64,000 nt of DNA, from contig CAVULX010000004.1 of assembly GCA_963742415.1 (NCBI GenBank), positions 1,088,001 to 1,152,000 of the forward strand, read 5' to 3'. The notes below the pieces were generated by a model that was not told the origin of the DNA, did no database searches, and saw nothing but the letters and a program-made list of their open reading frames with translations. How positions within the stretch are numbered: position 1 is the first letter of the stretch; every line of letters starts with the position of its first letter. Position numbers and translations under genes: made by a program. The DNA comes from an uncultured Parachlamydiaceae bacterium. GTDB lineage: Bacteria; Chlamydiota; Chlamydiia; Chlamydiales; Parachlamydiaceae. Shown here piece after piece: positions 1 through 8,916 of the stretch.

Positions 1-120
1 ATTTTGGCCTTTCAGATCGTTTTCAGCGCCGAAGGTGCGAATGTCATAGCCCAGGTCGTAGCGAAGCGAAGGCCTGGGTAAAATGCAAAAAAAACAGAGT
101 CCTGTAAGGACGACATAAAA
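1..120. repeat. Palindromic element family A, copy 1 (loop and right arm; left arm lies outside the window)
   Basis: atagcccaggtcgtagcgaagcgaaggcctgggtaaaatgcaaaaaaaacagagtcctgtaaggacgacataaaa matches the right arms at 17404-17476, 42529-42608 and 51289-51370. Confidence 0.93.
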
Positions 121-130
121 TTCTTCTTTC

Positions 131-213
131 ATAGAGGACAGTTTCAGGAAAAATTTGCAAGCTTTTGAAGCTAAAAGCCATATTGTTTGCAAATTTATTT
201 AGATCAAAAATAC
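131..213. repeat. Repeat family D, copy 1 (aaatttgcaa...ttgcaaattt core)
   Basis: Aligns by eye with the reverse complement of 17101-17190; both copies abut a family A end. Confidence 0.7.
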
Positions 214-375
214 AAATATTTTACAAAAGTGCCAAACTCGAGCAGGCCTTTTCGGCCTGAGAAAGAGTAAACTTGAGATTCCCATCGTCTATTTTCTATT
301 TTTTTACGAAAATAGCAAATGTCAGTCTAGAAACGTCCAAACTTTAGGTAGTCTATGAACTTGAACAAACCTCGT

Positions 376-1701
376 TTAACCTGAGGAAAAAGCTCTCAAT
401 CTTTGAAGATAATTGAAAAGGCCGAAAACTCTGGACACTTGTCTTAAGGTTAATTGAGCTGCATTAATCCATGACATTTTAAATTCTGACCACCATCTTT
501 CATTCTCGAAGATTTTCCTAGTTTCTTCTTGATAAGATAAAAATTGATGAGGCATGTTCTCAAAAATTGTTTCTGTACTAAAGGCTTCCGATATCGCTTT
601 AGCACACAAAGCCCCCTCCATTAATCCTTTATTAAATCCTCTTTCTAATACCATGCCTGAATTGGCATCCCCTGCTAGTAGAACAAATTTATCCCCAAAT
701 TTCTTTAGGCTATCTTCACTTCGAAAAATTCTTAATTCAAGCGTAGATATCTTTTCATCTTCACAGCTTCCACCTCGTTCTTTTACGCTTTTCAAATGCT
801 TGATAAATGTTTGATAAATTAGTTTAATTTTTGGATTGGACTTAGCTTTATCCTTAATTTCTTTCAATGTCCAGGAATTGCCGAAGACGCCTTTAAGCCT
901 CCCATTCACTTTTTGCCTAAGATTTTCATAAGTTTCTTTATCGGTAAAAATGTGCAGCGTCGCAGGTTTTTTTCCCTGTTTGGAACTTTTACTTATTGTT
1001 TCGAAGTCAAGCTGCCCGCAGAGTGAGCCTTCTTTAGAACTTTCAAAAGAATTTCTTGGTATGGTTTTTCCGTCCGTTTCGTATTTCAACTCTATAAGAT
1101 ATTGTAACGTTTTCTCTCCAAGAAGCTTATTATTCATCACTCTTTTTCTTATGTAACTATGAGCGCCATCTGCCCCAACAATAACTTGTGCCTTCTCGAA
1201 AATAGCATGTAATTTTTTTTCTGTATCAGATAACTTTTCATCAATGGTTTCTTCTTCATGGAAATCTATTTCTTTTAATATTTTGTTGGGTTCAAAAAGA
1301 AGATCGTAATTTTTGTCGTTTACTTCGTACTCTTTGCCTCGCAAGATACTTATTCCCATTTTTGTTGCAACATCTATTAAGCGATCTTGGATCTCATTTG
1401 TTCTAGGAAAACTGTTTTTCCACCACTCAGCAAAAATGTCCTCTAATTTTTTAATTTCGTCTTGGTTAGCACTCCCATTCTGATTTTTTAGAGCTTCATT
1501 TAAAATTCCACGGATCTTACCCACAGAATCACCTTGGACGTGTAAGCCATGGCTACGGGAATTTTTATCATGCTTTTCTAAAATGCATATATTTATATTT
1601 TTATTTAATGCTTTTAATGTGCAAGCGGTGGTCAAACCAACGGGCCCTGCTCCTACAATAACAACGTCATAATTACTATTTAAACGATTACTAGCTTCCA
1701 T
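376..1701 (-). CDS. FAD-dependent monooxygenase-like flavoprotein
   Basis: GAGPVG Rossmann motif, VGADGAHS (DG motif) and LAGDA (GD motif) of flavoprotein hydroxylases. Confidence 0.8.
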   Translation of the reverse strand: MEASNRLNSNYDVVIVGAGPVGLTTACTLKALNKNINICILEKHDKNSRSHGLHVQGDSVGKIRGILNEALKNQNGSANQDEIKKLEDIFAEWWKNSFPRTNEIQDRLIDVATKMGISILRGKEYEVNDKNYDLLFEPNKILKEIDFHEEETIDEKLSDTEKKLHAIFEKAQVIVGADGAHSYIRKRVMNNKLLGEKTLQYLIELKYETDGKTIPRNSFESSKEGSLCGQLDFETISKSSKQGKKPATLHIFTDKETYENLRQKVNGRLKGVFGNSWTLKEIKDKAKSNPKIKLIYQTFIKHLKSVKERGGSCEDEKISTLELRIFRSEDSLKKFGDKFVLLAGDANSGMVLERGFNKGLMEGALCAKAISEAFSTETIFENMPHQFLSYQEETRKIFENERWWSEFKMSWINAAQLTLRQVSRVFGLFNYLQRLRAFSSG

Positions 1702-1794
1702 AAAACAACCTTTACTGTTAATATTAATAAATAATTAGATAAGTTTTATCAAAAAATCAAATTCAATTCAATAATTTTAGAATAAAAAGAAGGC

Positions 1795-1823
1795 TTGATA
1801 GCCTTCATTTTTTTTGCTATGGT
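1795..1823 (+). promoter_or_regulatory. Putative sigma66/sigma70 promoter overlapped by an inverted repeat
   Basis: TTGATA-N17-TATGGT upstream of ATG 1845; the IR gaaggct-N4-agccttc (1789-1806) covers the -35. Confidence 0.45.
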
Positions 1824-1844
1824 GGCTATATTAAGGTAGAAAGT

Positions 1845-2810
1845 ATGGATCCGACTCAAATCGTTGATTATTCAGAAGCCGAAAGCCCTAAAATAAGAAA
1901 AGAAAAGGATTCTGTTATCCTTTTAAACGAACGGTATAACACACCAAATACAAGTCTGCTTCTCTTTCATTTCGAACCTCATCCCTACACATCTTCCGAT
2001 TTACGCCTCAAAAACGGTTCCATCCTGCACCACGCTGTCGAAGGAAGGGACATTTATATCTTTGATGATTTCTTTCTAGAAAGCGAACAAAAGGACCTGC
2101 GCAACTATTCTAGAAATGCCTCCTTTAGTCGAAGCAGCTACGCCAGCCAAGAAAGCCGCGAAAAAGGGGAAGAGCCGGCTCATTCCATGAACAATAAAGA
2201 AAAATGGGATTTTTTTAACCGACCCCCAGATGCGATCAAAGAAATTTACAAGCTTCTCGGAACATTCGCCCATCAAATCAATGCCAGCATCACCACCCTC
2301 CCCTGGGACATTTGCGATCAAAATATCTGCGCTTCAGCCGTAGCTACCAACAAGTTGGAAAAAGTCTCAAAAGAAAGCATGGAAAGGGGTAAGCACGAAG
2401 ATTTTAATACCGAAAAAGGGATCCCCTTTGGGATCCCTATTCTTCACCAAAAAGAAAAAACATACTTCCCAAGCAAGTTTGCCAACGGCACCCCCTCAAA
2501 CCCTTGGCTAATTTCTCTCATGGTTTACGCCACAGAAGATAATTTTCTGGTCCCGGACTTCGGGATCGGCACGATGTTTTATAAAAAAAATGGGGAATTT
2601 ACCTTAAAGGCCGACTGCCGGCATACGCGATTTGTCTTATTTGACGGCGATATCCTGCACAGCATCGAAGAATCAAAAATTCCTTTCCAAACTAATTCTT
2701 GGCGAGTATCCTACGTCTTCAAGTTAATCATCAATCCAAAAGAAGCTCATAAAAGCATGCGAACAGCCTTTTATGAATTCCTTAAAACAAAATCGGTGAA
2801 AAACCTTTAA
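1845..2810 (+). CDS. 2OG-Fe(II) oxygenase (prolyl-hydroxylase-like fold)
   Basis: H-x-D (KHEDF), distal His (ILHSI) and R-x-S (WRVSY) motifs; IYIFDDFF N-terminal strand. Confidence 0.7.
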   Translation: MDPTQIVDYSEAESPKIRKEKDSVILLNERYNTPNTSLLLFHFEPHPYTSSDLRLKNGSILHHAVEGRDIYIFDDFFLESEQKDLRNYSRNASFSRSSYASQESREKGEEPAHSMNNKEKWDFFNRPPDAIKEIYKLLGTFAHQINASITTLPWDICDQNICASAVATNKLEKVSKESMERGKHEDFNTEKGIPFGIPILHQKEKTYFPSKFANGTPSNPWLISLMVYATEDNFLVPDFGIGTMFYKKNGEFTLKADCRHTRFVLFDGDILHSIEESKIPFQTNSWRVSYVFKLIINPKEAHKSMRTAFYEFLKTKSVKNL

Positions 2811-2837
2811 CAGCCCAAATTTATGAGGAGATTTAAT

Positions 2838-3701
2838 ATGGACTCCAAAACTGCCAAAGCCAATGAAAATAGGCTCAAAATTCTCTTAGAATGGAAAAAG
2901 CTATACACAGAAGCGATTATCGACTCCTTAAAACCAACAGGAAATGTCTTACAAATAGGCTTTGGGCTCGGATTTGCAGCCGACCTGATTCAAAAATACC
3001 ATCCTAAGACCCATACTATTATCGAATCAAATCCCAAGATCTCAGCTAATGCCACGAAATGGAGCGGCAAAAACAAAAATATCACCTTTATCCAAGGTTC
3101 ATGGAAAACTGCCCTGCCCAAATTGGGAACGTTTGACACCCTATTTTTTAACGATTATCCTCCGGAGCAAGAGGTAGAAATCATGAACTTCTTGTTCCCT
3201 GAAGATGTCCTTCAAGCCTCTAAAGAAGCACAAAAAATGTTGAGCAGCTTAAAAGACGAAATGTCGCAGCTAACGAGACGATTCACTGACAAGGACATTG
3301 AAGATTTTTACCAAAAGAGCGGCCAATTTAACTTGAAAGATCTCCCTCTCTTTTTCCAACAGCTCAAAGACAATGGCAACATTTCAAAAACCCAGTATGA
3401 AAATTCTCTAAAAAAATACCACTTCAACGACCCGCAAAAAAGTGCAAAAAATCTGAAACAAAACACCCCCAAAGCAAAGGATGTCATGCTCTTCTGCTTG
3501 GAGGATTGCCTAAAAAATCACATGGATGCAGGAAGCCGCTTCTCCTCTTTCTTGATCAATCAAATGTCAAAATATGAAGACGCTCAATTTTTCGATAACA
3601 TCATCACAAACACTGACGTCAACTATAATGAAACCGCGGCCATCATCAAAATGTCAGACAAAACCCGCCAAGGGCTCATCATTTCCATAGAAAAACAATA
3701 A
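2838..3701 (+). CDS. Class I SAM methyltransferase, GAMT/Rmt2-like, degenerate motifs
   Basis: VLQIGFGLG motif I, HTIIE, FDTLFFNDYP; AGGAG RBS precedes ATG 2838 (ORF track starts at 2823). Confidence 0.7.
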   Translation: MDSKTAKANENRLKILLEWKKLYTEAIIDSLKPTGNVLQIGFGLGFAADLIQKYHPKTHTIIESNPKISANATKWSGKNKNITFIQGSWKTALPKLGTFDTLFFNDYPPEQEVEIMNFLFPEDVLQASKEAQKMLSSLKDEMSQLTRRFTDKDIEDFYQKSGQFNLKDLPLFFQQLKDNGNISKTQYENSLKKYHFNDPQKSAKNLKQNTPKAKDVMLFCLEDCLKNHMDAGSRFSSFLINQMSKYEDAQFFDNIITNTDVNYNETAAIIKMSDKTRQGLIISIEKQ

Positions 3702-3946
3702 AAAACGTGATTGCGCCCATTCCCGTTGTTTCTCTAGACCGATTTCTGTTTCGTTAAAAAACATCGGGAGTGCCTTTTTTTTTCAGAGGCATGGGCACGT
3801 TTCCTCCTAAGTCCCTAAACATCTGCATTAATTTGCCTGTTTTGAAGATTTTTATTTTTTCGCTTGGAAAAAAATAAAGGGTTTGGGATAACTGTACTTT
3901 CTTAAGCGAAAGACTAGTTGAATACACATTATGCAAATGTGAATGA

Positions 3947-6900
3947 ATGAGCCTCATGAAAATGCAATTTTCAAATCACTTGTTTTGTAAGCTTGGGTTA
4001 ATTGTCGCTTCCTATGCCCTGAGCCATACATACCTACCGCCAATAGATGCTAAAGAGGCCGCCTTGTCGCGCAATGCATCTAAATTAACTAACTTTTGGG
4101 CTATTGATGGTCAATCTTCTTCAACAGAATTCTTGAGCGAAAATGACCAGGAGTTTTACGATTCTTTGAATGAGTTCGATAACTCGTTCCCCCTTTCTGA
4201 ACAAAATCAAGAACCTATTATCCATTGGGATGATGACTTTGTTGAGGGAGCTCAAGAAGACTTTTCAAATCCACAGGTCCTTTTTTCTTTCGATAGCCCA
4301 GCAGAACCTGCAACAAATACCTACCCCACTGTTCAAGCCAACACATCTGAAGGGGATTTTCCCGACTCATTCAACTCATGGGCAAAACAAGAAGAGTCTC
4401 AAAACTATCCTTTCGAAATGCCCATCAGCACTTCCTCCGATGACCTCAATTCCCTTCTACTTTCTCCAAAATTAGAGGCCTTCGAAGAAAATAACACAAG
4501 CTCCTCATCAAAAGAACAGTTTCCAGAAGTATCCTACCCCCGCGCTTTGACAAATGACCCTCTTCCCCCTCCTTCAAGACAAAAAATCGCCCCTTATGAA
4601 CCAGCAGAAGAAGCCTCAGAGCCCCTAGACCTCGGTCTGTCTTCTCAGATTTATAGTCTGGAGCCTTCCCCAACGGCCAACCCCATCAAAGCTTGGATAG
4701 AAGAACCTCTCATAGCTGACCCTTTTACAGAAGAACCTTTCATCTCGCAAGAAGAGGCTCCCCCTCCCATTCAACCTCAAGTGCAAGAACCTCAAGTGCA
4801 AGAACCCCAAGTGCAAGAACCCCAAGTGCAACAACCCCAAGTGCAACAACCTCAAGAAAAAGTAGAACAAAATAATGAAGAAAAACCGACAAAAGAACAA
4901 CTTCCTAAGGCTGCATCAACAGAATCTAAGTCGATTTTGATCAATTTTAATAATGTTGGGATTATTGAATACATCCGCTTTATCAGCCGCATTTCAAACA
5001 AAAACTTCGTATTCGATGAAGCGGATCTTCAATTCAATGTAACAATTGTTTCCGAAGAACCAACGTCTATTGAAAATGTCATGGCTGCTCTCATTCAAGA
5101 ATTGCGTATCCACGACTTGATATTGACCGAACAAGGGAACAATTTGATTATCCATAAGAATCCCAAAGTCAGCAATGTATCACAAGTGATCGCTGAAGAC
5201 TTGTACGATTCCGAACCCATTAAAACTGAAATCGTAACTCAGGTTTTCCGCTTAAATACCTTGGAACCAGAAAGGGCAGCGGCCATCATCCGCCCCTTGG
5301 TTTCCGATAAAGCCCTAGTGGAAACCCTCCCGCAAACCAACCACCTCATCGTCACCGACATCTTGACTAACATCCAGCAAATCAGCAAGTTAATCAAAAG
5401 CATAGACGCCCCCAATAGTGGGTTGGTCATCGGCCAATATGTCGCCCGCACAACCGATGTTGACACTTTACTGCCGCTAGTGCAAAAAATCATGATCCCC
5501 ATTTCGCAGGATCAACCCCTATCCCTTATTCCTTATGCTCAAGCAAATAGCATTTTTATCGTTTCAACCCCTTTCCTTGTAGAACGAAGCATTTCTATCC
5601 TACAACATCTCGACCAAGAGGCCGGAAAAACAGGAATCATCAATCTTGGTCAGCCCAAGCATGAACAAGGAAAACCTGGTGCTCCAGAAATCGAAAAGTA
5701 TCTCGAGGAATTAAGAGAAGAAAAACCTAGTGGAAAATTCCCTCAATCCGCATGGGATTACGGTCCTGGCAATACAGAACAAACGGGAGGTTTTGGGACC
5801 CCCGATTGGTTGAAAAGGATGGGAGGCAATTATGTGCCTATCTTTATCCCGTTAGAAGAAACGCAAGAGCAAAAAGAAGCCCGAGAACGTGCTATCCGTG
5901 TCCCTTCCCCTACTCAGGTGGGTGTTACAGACTTTCAAGAAGCTGAAAGGCTTAGACGCAACGTACCAACGAATTACGAATACGTTCCATTACCCATACT
6001 CAGATCGAAATTTTATATCCATAAACTGCAGTATCGAAAAGGGGATGCGATTCAAACGCAACTGCAACAAATAGGGAAAAGCCTCCTAAACGTAAGAGGC
6101 AATGAAGAATTATTGAGCGTTATTGATACTGTCCAATGGCTAGAAGACGCAAAATCTCTTGTTTTCACCGGTACACCCGAATATTTGGAAAAAGTAAAAC
6201 AACTTATTGAGGAAATAGATATCCCCCTGCGTCAAGTATTCATCGAAATGTTGATTCTCACTACAACAGTAGATGATTCTTTAAACTTTTCCGTCAATTG
6301 GGGATCACGTTTTGGTGGTGGAAATCAAGCAGGTTCACAAGGATTCCTAACAGGGGCTTCTCCTTTGCAGGGAACGCTCGATACTACTGGAGTCTCAGAC
6401 CTTGGCGGCATTCGCCCGAATCCTCCCACAGCTATACCTTTCAACAACGTCCTTATTCCTAGTCCAAATACATTGGCAAAAGCTCAAGGATTCAGCTTAG
6501 GTGTCATCGGACAAAACATCGTTCACAAGGGTTTGGGGCTGCAATTTAATTCCATTGGGGCACTCGTTAAAGCGATACATACAAGAAATGAATCTCGTAT
6601 TGTAATGACCCCCAAAATCATTACCGAGGATAATGTCCCTGCCTATATTTTTGTTGGGATCAATACCCCCTTCCAGACGCAATCGATTGCCAATGACCGT
6701 GGAAGTGTTATTACTAACAACTTTGACTACCGAGACGTCGGAACAAGCCTTCAAGTCACCCCCCATTTAGTCAATTCCGATGTCGTGACTTTAGATATTG
6801 TGCAAGAAGTCAGCTCGATTTCAACAGTGACAACTTCCTCACAAAATTCAAATCAACCAATTGCTCCTACAACAAACAAAAATACAACAAAAACCACTGT

Positions 6901-7258
6901 CCTCATCCCCGACGGCTATTTTGTTATCATTAGCGGCATGATGCAAGACGAAACCATCCGCAACAGGATCCAAGTTCCTTGCTTGGGTTGCATTCCTCTT
7001 GCCGGCTCAGCATTTAGCGATAAGGAAACACAAGATAATAAGAGAAATTTGATGATTTTCATCAGACCGCAAATTATTGATACAGATGAAGAATATCAAA
7101 ATGCTACACGGCATCAACAAGACATTTGGAAATTCAGAGATGAAACACCAAAAATATGGGTTCAGGAAACCGAGCAGGCTTTGGATTTCTTGAATGTCCG
7201 TCGTAGTATCAATACCGATGATGAAGACAACATCCCATGCGATCAATTCGCACACTAG
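3947..7258 (+). CDS. sctC: Secretin, chlamydial CdsC/SctC-like, with long acidic Pro-rich N-terminal extension
   Basis: INFNNVGIIEYIRFISRISNKNFVFDE, KFYIHKLQY, QVFIEMLIL, DVGTSLQVTP and NLMIFIRPQII resemble chlamydial CdsC and secretin domains; N-terminal signal-like segment. Confidence 0.8.
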   Translation: MSLMKMQFSNHLFCKLGLIVASYALSHTYLPPIDAKEAALSRNASKLTNFWAIDGQSSSTEFLSENDQEFYDSLNEFDNSFPLSEQNQEPIIHWDDDFVEGAQEDFSNPQVLFSFDSPAEPATNTYPTVQANTSEGDFPDSFNSWAKQEESQNYPFEMPISTSSDDLNSLLLSPKLEAFEENNTSSSSKEQFPEVSYPRALTNDPLPPPSRQKIAPYEPAEEASEPLDLGLSSQIYSLEPSPTANPIKAWIEEPLIADPFTEEPFISQEEAPPPIQPQVQEPQVQEPQVQEPQVQQPQVQQPQEKVEQNNEEKPTKEQLPKAASTESKSILINFNNVGIIEYIRFISRISNKNFVFDEADLQFNVTIVSEEPTSIENVMAALIQELRIHDLILTEQGNNLIIHKNPKVSNVSQVIAEDLYDSEPIKTEIVTQVFRLNTLEPERAAAIIRPLVSDKALVETLPQTNHLIVTDILTNIQQISKLIKSIDAPNSGLVIGQYVARTTDVDTLLPLVQKIMIPISQDQPLSLIPYAQANSIFIVSTPFLVERSISILQHLDQEAGKTGIINLGQPKHEQGKPGAPEIEKYLEELREEKPSGKFPQSAWDYGPGNTEQTGGFGTPDWLKRMGGNYVPIFIPLEETQEQKEARERAIRVPSPTQVGVTDFQEAERLRRNVPTNYEYVPLPILRSKFYIHKLQYRKGDAIQTQLQQIGKSLLNVRGNEELLSVIDTVQWLEDAKSLVFTGTPEYLEKVKQLIEEIDIPLRQVFIEMLILTTTVDDSLNFSVNWGSRFGGGNQAGSQGFLTGASPLQGTLDTTGVSDLGGIRPNPPTAIPFNNVLIPSPNTLAKAQGFSLGVIGQNIVHKGLGLQFNSIGALVKAIHTRNESRIVMTPKIITEDNVPAYIFVGINTPFQTQSIANDRGSVITNNFDYRDVGTSLQVTPHLVNSDVVTLDIVQEVSSISTVTTSSQNSNQPIAPTTNKNTTKTTVLIPDGYFVIISGMMQDETIRNRIQVPCLGCIPLAGSAFSDKETQDNKRNLMIFIRPQIIDTDEEYQNATRHQQDIWKFRDETPKIWVQETEQALDFLNVRRSINTDDEDNIPCDQFAH
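4775..4858 (+). repeat. Intragenic 15-bp tandem repeat: PQVQE x3, PQVQQ x2, plus a partial unit
   Basis: ccYcaagtgcaaSaa units read directly from the sequence. Confidence 0.95.
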
Positions 7259-7259
7259 A

Positions 7260-8237
7260 ATGAAAAAAGTTCTGCTCAAAGCGATAAACAGATTTCCAAT
7301 AGTTTTCTATTGTTTGTTTATCGTTTTGCTCACAGCCTGCCAAACTCACTGTAATAACATCGAACCCAACATTTGCTACACGCCCCCTGCAAAACTTATA
7401 CAAAATCGCCCCTCCCCTTTTGAAAAATTGTCTCGGGAAGAGCTCCGTCAAGATTGGGGAAAAGAATTCTACGTAGGGCTTAACTTTGCGAACGATCTTG
7501 ACCTCTATCGCGCCATTACAGCTTTTAAACGGGCTCTCTTTTTTCTTCCTAAAAATTGTGCGGAACGACGCTTGCAAATCGAATATTTTCTTTTTGAATG
7601 TTACTATTTAGGCCAAAAATACCAAGAGGCCTTGACTGTTTTTGATGAAAGCCAATTAATCACAGTCCCTGAGACATTTCCCGCTTTCAAAGATCTCTTG
7701 ATCATGCTGTTCGATTGCTATCAAAAAACAGGACAGCTCGAAAAAGCCGAAAAAATTTACCAATGCCTCAGCGGTTATGATTGTGATATCAGCAGAGATT
7801 TGCTCTTGTCGTTAGCTTTTCAAAATGGAAATTTAAATGGAATAGAGAGCCTAAGCGCAAACCACCCTCAAAGGGAGGCTTTATATTCATTCGTTGACAA
7901 TTATCATTGTGCAGAAAAATCCATTGAAAAGGCACGCAGGCTGAATGCTTTGTTACCTGGCGCAGGATATTCGTATGCCGGTCAAAAAAAGGCTGCCGTG
8001 ACATCTTTTCTCATTAATGCCCTTTTTATCGGCGCCACCTATTTTTTCATCAAAGAGGGGAATTATCCTGCAGGAATCATTACAGCTAGTCTAGAATCGG
8101 GATGGTATATTGGTGGAATTAATGGCGCAGGGCTTGCAGTTAAAGAATATAACGAACGTTTATATGAAAAAAATGCAAAAGAAGTGATGCTTCAAAATAA
8201 ACTTTTTCCTATTCTCATGTTGGAAAAATCGTTTTAA
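7260..8237 (+). CDS. TPR-containing lipoprotein/membrane protein, conserved upstream of yidD in chlamydiae
   Basis: LLTAC lipobox, TPR-like helices, ALLPGAGYSYAGQ motif and C-terminal TM segment; ATG 7260 follows the secretin stop. Confidence 0.65.
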   Translation: MKKVLLKAINRFPIVFYCLFIVLLTACQTHCNNIEPNICYTPPAKLIQNRPSPFEKLSREELRQDWGKEFYVGLNFANDLDLYRAITAFKRALFFLPKNCAERRLQIEYFLFECYYLGQKYQEALTVFDESQLITVPETFPAFKDLLIMLFDCYQKTGQLEKAEKIYQCLSGYDCDISRDLLLSLAFQNGNLNGIESLSANHPQREALYSFVDNYHCAEKSIEKARRLNALLPGAGYSYAGQKKAAVTSFLINALFIGATYFFIKEGNYPAGIITASLESGWYIGGINGAGLAVKEYNERLYEKNAKEVMLQNKLFPILMLEKSF

Positions 8238-8298
8238 GTTCTAACTGTCAAAATCAATAACTTAAGAGAAGTTACTTAGGAGACAGAGAGAAGGAAAA

Positions 8299-8450
8299 AA
8301 CAGGATAAGCAAGATCGTAAACGGCAGGATAAGCAGGATAAAAGAAAAAACGATGTTTTCGAACAGTCTTAACTTAATCATATCTGCATTTCCTTAATCT
8401 TTATTCAATATCCTGCTTATCCTGCCGTTTACGATCATGCTTATTCTGTT
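8299..8450. repeat. Palindromic element family B, copy 1
   Basis: ~42-bp IR aacaggataagcaagatcgtaaacggcaggataagcaggata / tatcctgcttatcctgccgtttacgatcatgcttattctgtt around a ~68-bp spacer; homologs at 17006-17570 and 63059-63209. Confidence 0.9.
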
Positions 8451-8478
8451 TCTTCTCTGTGCATAGCTACTTAGGAGG

Positions 8479-8503
8479 CAGTGATCTCACTGGCTCTGTG
8501 GTT
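8479..8503. repeat. Family C right arm (solo)
   Basis: cagtgatctcactggctctgtggtt is identical to 17573-17597. Confidence 0.85.
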
Positions 8504-8522
8504 TTTTTTGGAGTATGATATT

Positions 8523-8915
8523 ATGAAAAATATGACTCTATTTTGCTTCATCATCTTTGCCCTCTTGCAATTCCCTTTGCAAGCTGACCCTTGGGGAAAA
8601 GATGCCGACTTATCTTTCTATTGCCCCGAGCAAAAGGAGTCCGCTTCTCCCAAATGCAAAACTCCCTTCTTAGGCTTCCTTGCAGAAAAATTAATTAAGT
8701 TTCATCAAAACGTTATTTCCCCATGCGACGGTCCCCGCAGCCACTATATTCCCAGCAGTTCCCAATACGCGTTAGAAGCGATGCAAAAATATGACTTTTT
8801 AACTGGCCTCGGCATGGGTTGTGACCGGCTCATTCGCGAAAACAAAGAAGAATGGGTCTACCGAACAACCGTTGATGGTGCTGGAAAGCCCATTAAATAC
8901 GACCCCGTGCCATAA
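8523..8915 (+). CDS. yidD: Membrane protein insertion efficiency factor YidD-like protein with signal peptide
   Basis: FHQNVISPCDGPRSHYIPSSSQYALEAMQKY...DRLIREN...YDPVP pattern of the YidD family. Confidence 0.75.
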   Translation: MKNMTLFCFIIFALLQFPLQADPWGKDADLSFYCPEQKESASPKCKTPFLGFLAEKLIKFHQNVISPCDGPRSHYIPSSSQYALEAMQKYDFLTGLGMGCDRLIRENKEEWVYRTTVDGAGKPIKYDPVP

Positions 8916-8916
8916 A

